DNA of 64,000 bases from the IMG/VR virus record IMGVR_UViG_3300041411_000074, positions 1 through 64,000 of that record; one strand, given 5' to 3'. Both the position numbers and the translations under genes were made by a program. The stretch comes from a virus. Each line of letters begins with the position of its first letter. Position 1 is the stretch's first letter. Positions 59,555 through 64,000 of the stretch are shown piece after piece. The notes below the pieces were generated by a model, which made no database searches, was not told the DNA's origin, and saw only the letters and a program-made list of their open reading frames with translations.

Positions 59555-60101
59555 GGAGCCTTGGCTAACCCCAGAAGGGATGAAGATATGGAAAACTGAA
59601 TCCCAATACTGGAACTGGTTGCGTGGCTCACTTCGAAGATTATGGGGTGATTATCCTCTACGCAAAGAGTGGAAAGCTAGACAACTACGTTTAATTACAC
59701 CAGAAGAGAAAGCTAGTAAACTGTTTCATCCATCAACAAAGAATCTTGGACAATGTTTTTATTGTAAGCAATGGTTTGCAGGGAGTAAACTTGAGTGTGA
59801 CCATAAAACACCATCTGACGGCTGTAGATCAAAAGAGACAGCAGAATCATTCTTGTGGTATTGTGGAGGTGGTGTAGGAGATGAGTGGGTCTTGAGCTGT
59901 AAGCCCTGTCACAAAGTTAAGACTCATTCTGAACGTCAAGGGCTGACAATGGATGAGAGTAGAATAGACAAAGAAATCATTGCTATCATGAACGCTAAAA
60001 CAGATAGACAGTGGCTAGAACAACGTAGTATAGTGCCAGCAAGCAATGCTAAGAAAAGACGGCGGCAAATTGAGGAGGAAATGAAGAATGAAACTGTTTA
60101 A
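59547..60101 (+). CDS. HNH-type endonuclease
   Basis: CFYC...ECDH...LSCKPCH..KT. Confidence 0.7.
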   Translation: MLKEPWLTPEGMKIWKTESQYWNWLRGSLRRLWGDYPLRKEWKARQLRLITPEEKASKLFHPSTKNLGQCFYCKQWFAGSKLECDHKTPSDGCRSKETAESFLWYCGGGVGDEWVLSCKPCHKVKTHSERQGLTMDESRIDKEIIAIMNAKTDRQWLEQRSIVPASNAKKRRRQIEEEMKNETV

Positions 60102-60881
60102 ACTTTACTGTGTGGAAAGTCCCGGCTGGGATTGCAATCATGGATTCGTTATAAGGGCAAAAGATGAATTGGCTGCACGAGAGCTTGCACAAAATCAAAT
60201 TTCTGATGAAAAGGGTGGCAGTAAAGAATTCTGGCTAGATTCAAACTTCTCTAGTTGCGAAGAGATTAAAGTAAACGGTGATCCTGAAATTATCCTTAAT
60301 GATTTTAACGCTGGTTAGGAGAACAACAATGACTGACAAGAAACTTAAAGTTAACAATGCAGCGTACACTGAACTTAGTATTCAAATTGCTGTACTTCAA
60401 GCATCTGTGGATAAACTTCTTCAGTTGGCTATGAAGCCTGAGCAAGAGATTACTATTGAACCACTTCGTATTAAATCTTTGAAAGACATTATGCCCGAAG
60501 ACATTGAGAATGCACGACTGTTGTTTAATGATATTGTTCCAACAGATGAAGAATTCTTGGAGAATTTCAAATGATTAAAGATTATTGGACAGCAATCTTC
60601 TGGTGCGAATTTATCCAGTTTAGTGTTTATTTTAATGTGTGGTGCTCACAATTGGGGATCTAGATATGTCAGTTATAGAGATGTTTCCAAAGAAACCAGA
60701 CACAGAGAAATCACTAGGGCACTCTATCTCTAAGTTAGACTTCTGGAAAGGGAGAAATGAGATTATAAGCAGAGATTTCCATTCATTTAGTGTCTACCAA
60801 AAACAAGAGACGCTGGACACCGTGCTTGACATCAATAACAAATTGTACCAACTTATTTTAGAATTGAAGGGAGAGATTTAA

Positions 60882-61784
60882 TTGAGTGAAGTAGAATGGA
60901 AACAACAGGCAATTGAATTAGCAAAGACTGGTAAAAGTTGGAGAAAGATTGCAGAATTGGTAGACAAACCACGCTCAACTGTTTCTGATTACTTGCGTAA
61001 AGAGTTCAGCCAAGTTGTTGTAGACAACCGTCGTTCTTCAGAAACTTATTCTGTACGAAAGAACGATAAAGTTGAACATGACAACAGTCGAATCTTGTTG
61101 ATCAGTGATTTGCATATTCCTTATCACCACCAAGATGCTATTGCTTTCTTGAAACACTTGAAAGATAAATATAACCCAACACGAGTAATCTGTTTAGGGG
61201 ATGAGGTTGATGGTCACGCCTTGAGCTTCCATGATAGTGATCCAGATTTGCCAAGTGCTGGTGACGAAATTCGTCAAGCTTTGCCTGTTATTGCTGAACT
61301 ATTTAAAATCTTTCCAAAGATGGATATTCTTGAAAGTAATCACGGTAGTTTGGTGTGGCGTAAGGCTAAAGTATTTGGCATTCCAAAGCACTATATTAAA
61401 TCTTATAATGAAGTGCTGGGCGTAGACAGCGGTTGGAAATGGAGTTTTGATCTTACTGTAGACTTACCTAATGGACAGAAATGCTATATGCACCACGGTA
61501 AGACAAGTAATATTATTCAACTAAGTCAACAGATGGGCATGAATGCAACTCAAGGCCACTACCATGAAACATTCAAGATTGATTATTGGGGCAACAGCAC
61601 AGGACTTTATTGGGGTATGCAGTGTGGTTGTCTTATTGATGATGACAAACTTGCATTTAATTATAACAATGTAAATATTAAAAGGCCGATTATTGGGACA
61701 GGGTTGATTATTGACTCTATGCCTGTGTTGGAGCCAATGCGGCTAAACTCAGAAGGAAGGTGGGTAGGTGCAAAAGTCAATTGA
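60882..61784 (+). CDS. Calcineurin-like metallophosphoesterase with N-terminal HTH
   Basis: SDLH, GDEVD, SNH, HHG, GHYH; N-terminal SWRKIAELV..PRSTVSDYL. Confidence 0.88.
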   Translation: MSEVEWKQQAIELAKTGKSWRKIAELVDKPRSTVSDYLRKEFSQVVVDNRRSSETYSVRKNDKVEHDNSRILLISDLHIPYHHQDAIAFLKHLKDKYNPTRVICLGDEVDGHALSFHDSDPDLPSAGDEIRQALPVIAELFKIFPKMDILESNHGSLVWRKAKVFGIPKHYIKSYNEVLGVDSGWKWSFDLTVDLPNGQKCYMHHGKTSNIIQLSQQMGMNATQGHYHETFKIDYWGNSTGLYWGMQCGCLIDDDKLAFNYNNVNIKRPIIGTGLIIDSMPVLEPMRLNSEGRWVGAKVN

Positions 61785-62430
61785 TTTGACAGGAAAGATT
61801 TTTGGTAGATGGACAGTTCTTTCCAGGGGTGTGGATTATATTTACCCATCCACCGGTAAGAGGGCTCTTCGATGGAACTGTCTTTGTATCTGCGGAAAAG
61901 AAAAACTGGTGCATGGACCACACCTAAAGAACGGGACTAGTGTAAGCTGTGGGTGTTATAATGTTGAGCAAAGTTCTACACACGGACTATCCAATATGAG
62001 GGCTTACAAAGCATACTGGCACATGGTTAGACGCTGCTCCGAAAATGCATCAGATAAGGACAGAGAGTGCTATTATGATAAAGGAATTGGTGTTTGTGAT
62101 CGTTGGCAAGATGTGGTACTATTTGTAGAGGATATGGGAGAGTGTCCTGACGGATTTGAATTAGAGCGTCTCAATCCGGCTTTGGGTTATTTCCCTGATA
62201 ATTGCATATGGGCAAATGAGCAGAGACAGGCAGAAAATAGAGGAATGTTTAAAAATAACACATCGGGTAAAACAGGTGTAAATTTTGATGCGAAACTTGG
62301 TAAATGGCGTGCTATTCTACAAAAGAATAAAGTAAGATATGATGGCGGTGTCTACTTAAGTTTTGAGGCAGCTTGTGATGCAAGGGATAAGTTAGAACTT
62401 GAACACCTTGGCTATCTTAAGGAGAATTGA
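61768..62430 (+). CDS. HNH-AP2 homing endonuclease
   Basis: DLTGKIFGRWTV, SCGC, DMGECP...LER....GY.PDNC.WA, NTSG.TGV...W.A. Confidence 0.8.
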   Translation: MQKSIDLTGKIFGRWTVLSRGVDYIYPSTGKRALRWNCLCICGKEKLVHGPHLKNGTSVSCGCYNVEQSSTHGLSNMRAYKAYWHMVRRCSENASDKDRECYYDKGIGVCDRWQDVVLFVEDMGECPDGFELERLNPALGYFPDNCIWANEQRQAENRGMFKNNTSGKTGVNFDAKLGKWRAILQKNKVRYDGGVYLSFEAACDARDKLELEHLGYLKEN

Positions 62431-62567
62431 AATCGAAAATTATAAGCTACTAAAAACCGTTGATCGGCTTCAGATTGAGGTTGACGGATTGACGAAGGAG
62501 CTGTACACTCTCAAACAACAGCAAGCGGACATGATCGAACAAATTAGACGTTTGAAGGAGATGAATA

Positions 62568-63074
62568 ATGACGGTAGCGGAAAGTGAGTTTAATATTGGC
62601 GATGCTGTAAAGATTAAAGAGTCAGCTTGGGAAGTAAGTTATCCTGCACTTACTCAGTTTGGTTTCAAACGTGATGCTATTTATGAAGTTAGCGGCGTTT
62701 ATCCAAATCGTGGTATTTCATTAGTGGGTAATACACGGATTTATTATCCTTATTATTTTGAGGTGAGTAGTTCCAACATGATCCAATCGAAGGAAGAGGC
62801 AGAACACACCGGCGGTTCTGTAAACTACTACAAAGTTCACGTAGCTAATCCTACAACGCTTCCTGAAGCTTATGATGCTGAAGCCAATGATATTATTGAG
62901 TCGCTTGGTTTGACATTCGCTGAAGGGAATTTGTTTAAAGCAATCTGGCGTATGGCCGCTGATCGTAATGGTAAGAAAAAGAAAGGTAATAACTCTGTCT
63001 ATGATGCGGAAAAGCTGGTATTCTTTGCAGAACGTGTACTAGTTCAAGAGAAGGCAAAACATGAGTCAGAGTAA
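62568..63074 (+). CDS. DUF3310-like protein with N-terminal SH3-like domain
   Basis: GGSVNYY...EANDIIE.L...FAEGNLFKA.WR...YDAEK. Confidence 0.65.
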   Translation: MTVAESEFNIGDAVKIKESAWEVSYPALTQFGFKRDAIYEVSGVYPNRGISLVGNTRIYYPYYFEVSSSNMIQSKEEAEHTGGSVNYYKVHVANPTTLPEAYDAEANDIIESLGLTFAEGNLFKAIWRMAADRNGKKKKGNNSVYDAEKLVFFAERVLVQEKAKHESE

Positions 63075-63285
63075 GAAAGATTCCATTAAAGAGGTTGCAT
63101 GTTCCACAGCCATTGGTATGATTGGAAGCTGGCTTTTGACAATGGGTTGTTTGATGTTCTTCACAGGACCAATTGCTATTGCTACCTCGACAACCATCTT
63201 ATGCACAATCTGGAGTTTGGGACGTGGGTACATTATCCGTCGCCACTTCAATAACAAACAAAATGGAGAAACATATGCAAATTGA
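63061..63285 (+). CDS. Small two-TM membrane protein
   Basis: QSKK.S..E....AIG...S..RGY..RR.F pattern. Confidence 0.6.
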   Translation: MSQSKKDSIKEVACSTAIGMIGSWLLTMGCLMFFTGPIAIATSTTILCTIWSLGRGYIIRRHFNNKQNGETYAN

Positions 63286-63658
63286 TTACACTCAAATCGC
63301 TGCCCTACAAGAACAAATCTATAAAAACAACGTTAAGGCAGGTTGGTGGACTAACCTCACCACAGGTTTTATCAAGCCCCAGAAAGATGTAACAGAAATT
63401 CTGGCTAAGTTGGCTCTTGTACATTCAGAAGTTAGCGAAGCACTTGAAGGCGTACGTAAGAATTTGATGGACGATAAGCTTCCACATCGTCCAATGGCTG
63501 AAGTAGAATGTGCTGATGCGATCATTCGTTTGTTGGATTTGGGTGGTCATGAAGGTTGGGATATTGCAGGAGCTATCAAAGAGAAGTTGGCTTACAACGC
63601 TATTCGTGAAGATCATAAGATTGAAAATCGTATGACTGAAAACGGTAAGAAGGCTTAA
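63275..63658 (+). CDS. MazG-like NTP pyrophosphohydrolase
   Basis: LALVHSEVSEALEG.RK...EVECADAIIRLLD...EKLAYN. Confidence 0.85.
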   Translation: MQIDYTQIAALQEQIYKNNVKAGWWTNLTTGFIKPQKDVTEILAKLALVHSEVSEALEGVRKNLMDDKLPHRPMAEVECADAIIRLLDLGGHEGWDIAGAIKEKLAYNAIREDHKIENRMTENGKKA

Positions 63659-64000
63659 ATGAGTAAAGCCATGAAATTTGATAAAAATGATCTGTATTTG
63701 ATTAAAGATTATTTAGAAGAACTCTTGGAAGACTATCAACTTGATAATCCTGACACAATGCAAAGAGCTATTGAAGTGATTGAGAGACTGATTAAGGAGA
63801 CGTAGGTGATTCACGCACATGTTCCAACACAACGACCAAAGTTAGTTTGGCAAGATATTATTAAATCAAAAGAAGACTATACAAACCTAGCTAAATCAGG
63901 CATGATGCATGTGTACTTTCCAGAGATTAGTTGGAAAGAGGTTGAAGAGTATTTGAATAAGGAGAGTGTTAGTGAGTAGTCCAAGTGCAAAAGTAATTGC

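Overview
This window is about 64 kb of an AT-rich (roughly 40% GC by eye) lytic tailed-phage genome. The host is inferred to be a Pseudomonas, from the PhaZ homolog, a GC-rich prophage-like patch and a gene order like large Pseudomonas myoviruses. Four blocks are visible. (1) 1-12.1 kb, minus strand: S49 prohead protease/scaffold, portal, terminase large subunit, HNH genes, an SGNH-esterase cassette, tRNA-Thr(UGU) and several highly structured non-coding segments. (2) 12.3-28.5 kb, plus strand: small accessory genes including an XRE HTH, PhoH, a ClpP-like protease, dCMP deaminase, a PhaZ-type PHA depolymerase, a lone GGQ release-factor domain and baseplate-like fragments. (3) 29.2-48.6 kb, minus strand: an early-type region with many sigma70 promoters, tiny ORFs, repeated HNH-like genes, denV and an exonuclease-less family-A/T7-RNAP-like polymerase. 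(4) 48.9-64 kb, plus strand: primase-helicase, DNA polymerase A, SSB, exonuclease, endonucleases, metallophosphoesterase and MazG. The most striking signals are the RNA island around the tRNA (including an array of hairpins with anti-Shine-Dalgarno CUCUCCU loops and a ~440-nt structured RNA in front of an HNH gene), the intact-looking PHA depolymerase, stand-alone virion-protein fragments outside the structural module, and the second polymerase near a 13-bp iteron-like array. All assignments come from motif recognition by eye; no searches or folding programs were run.
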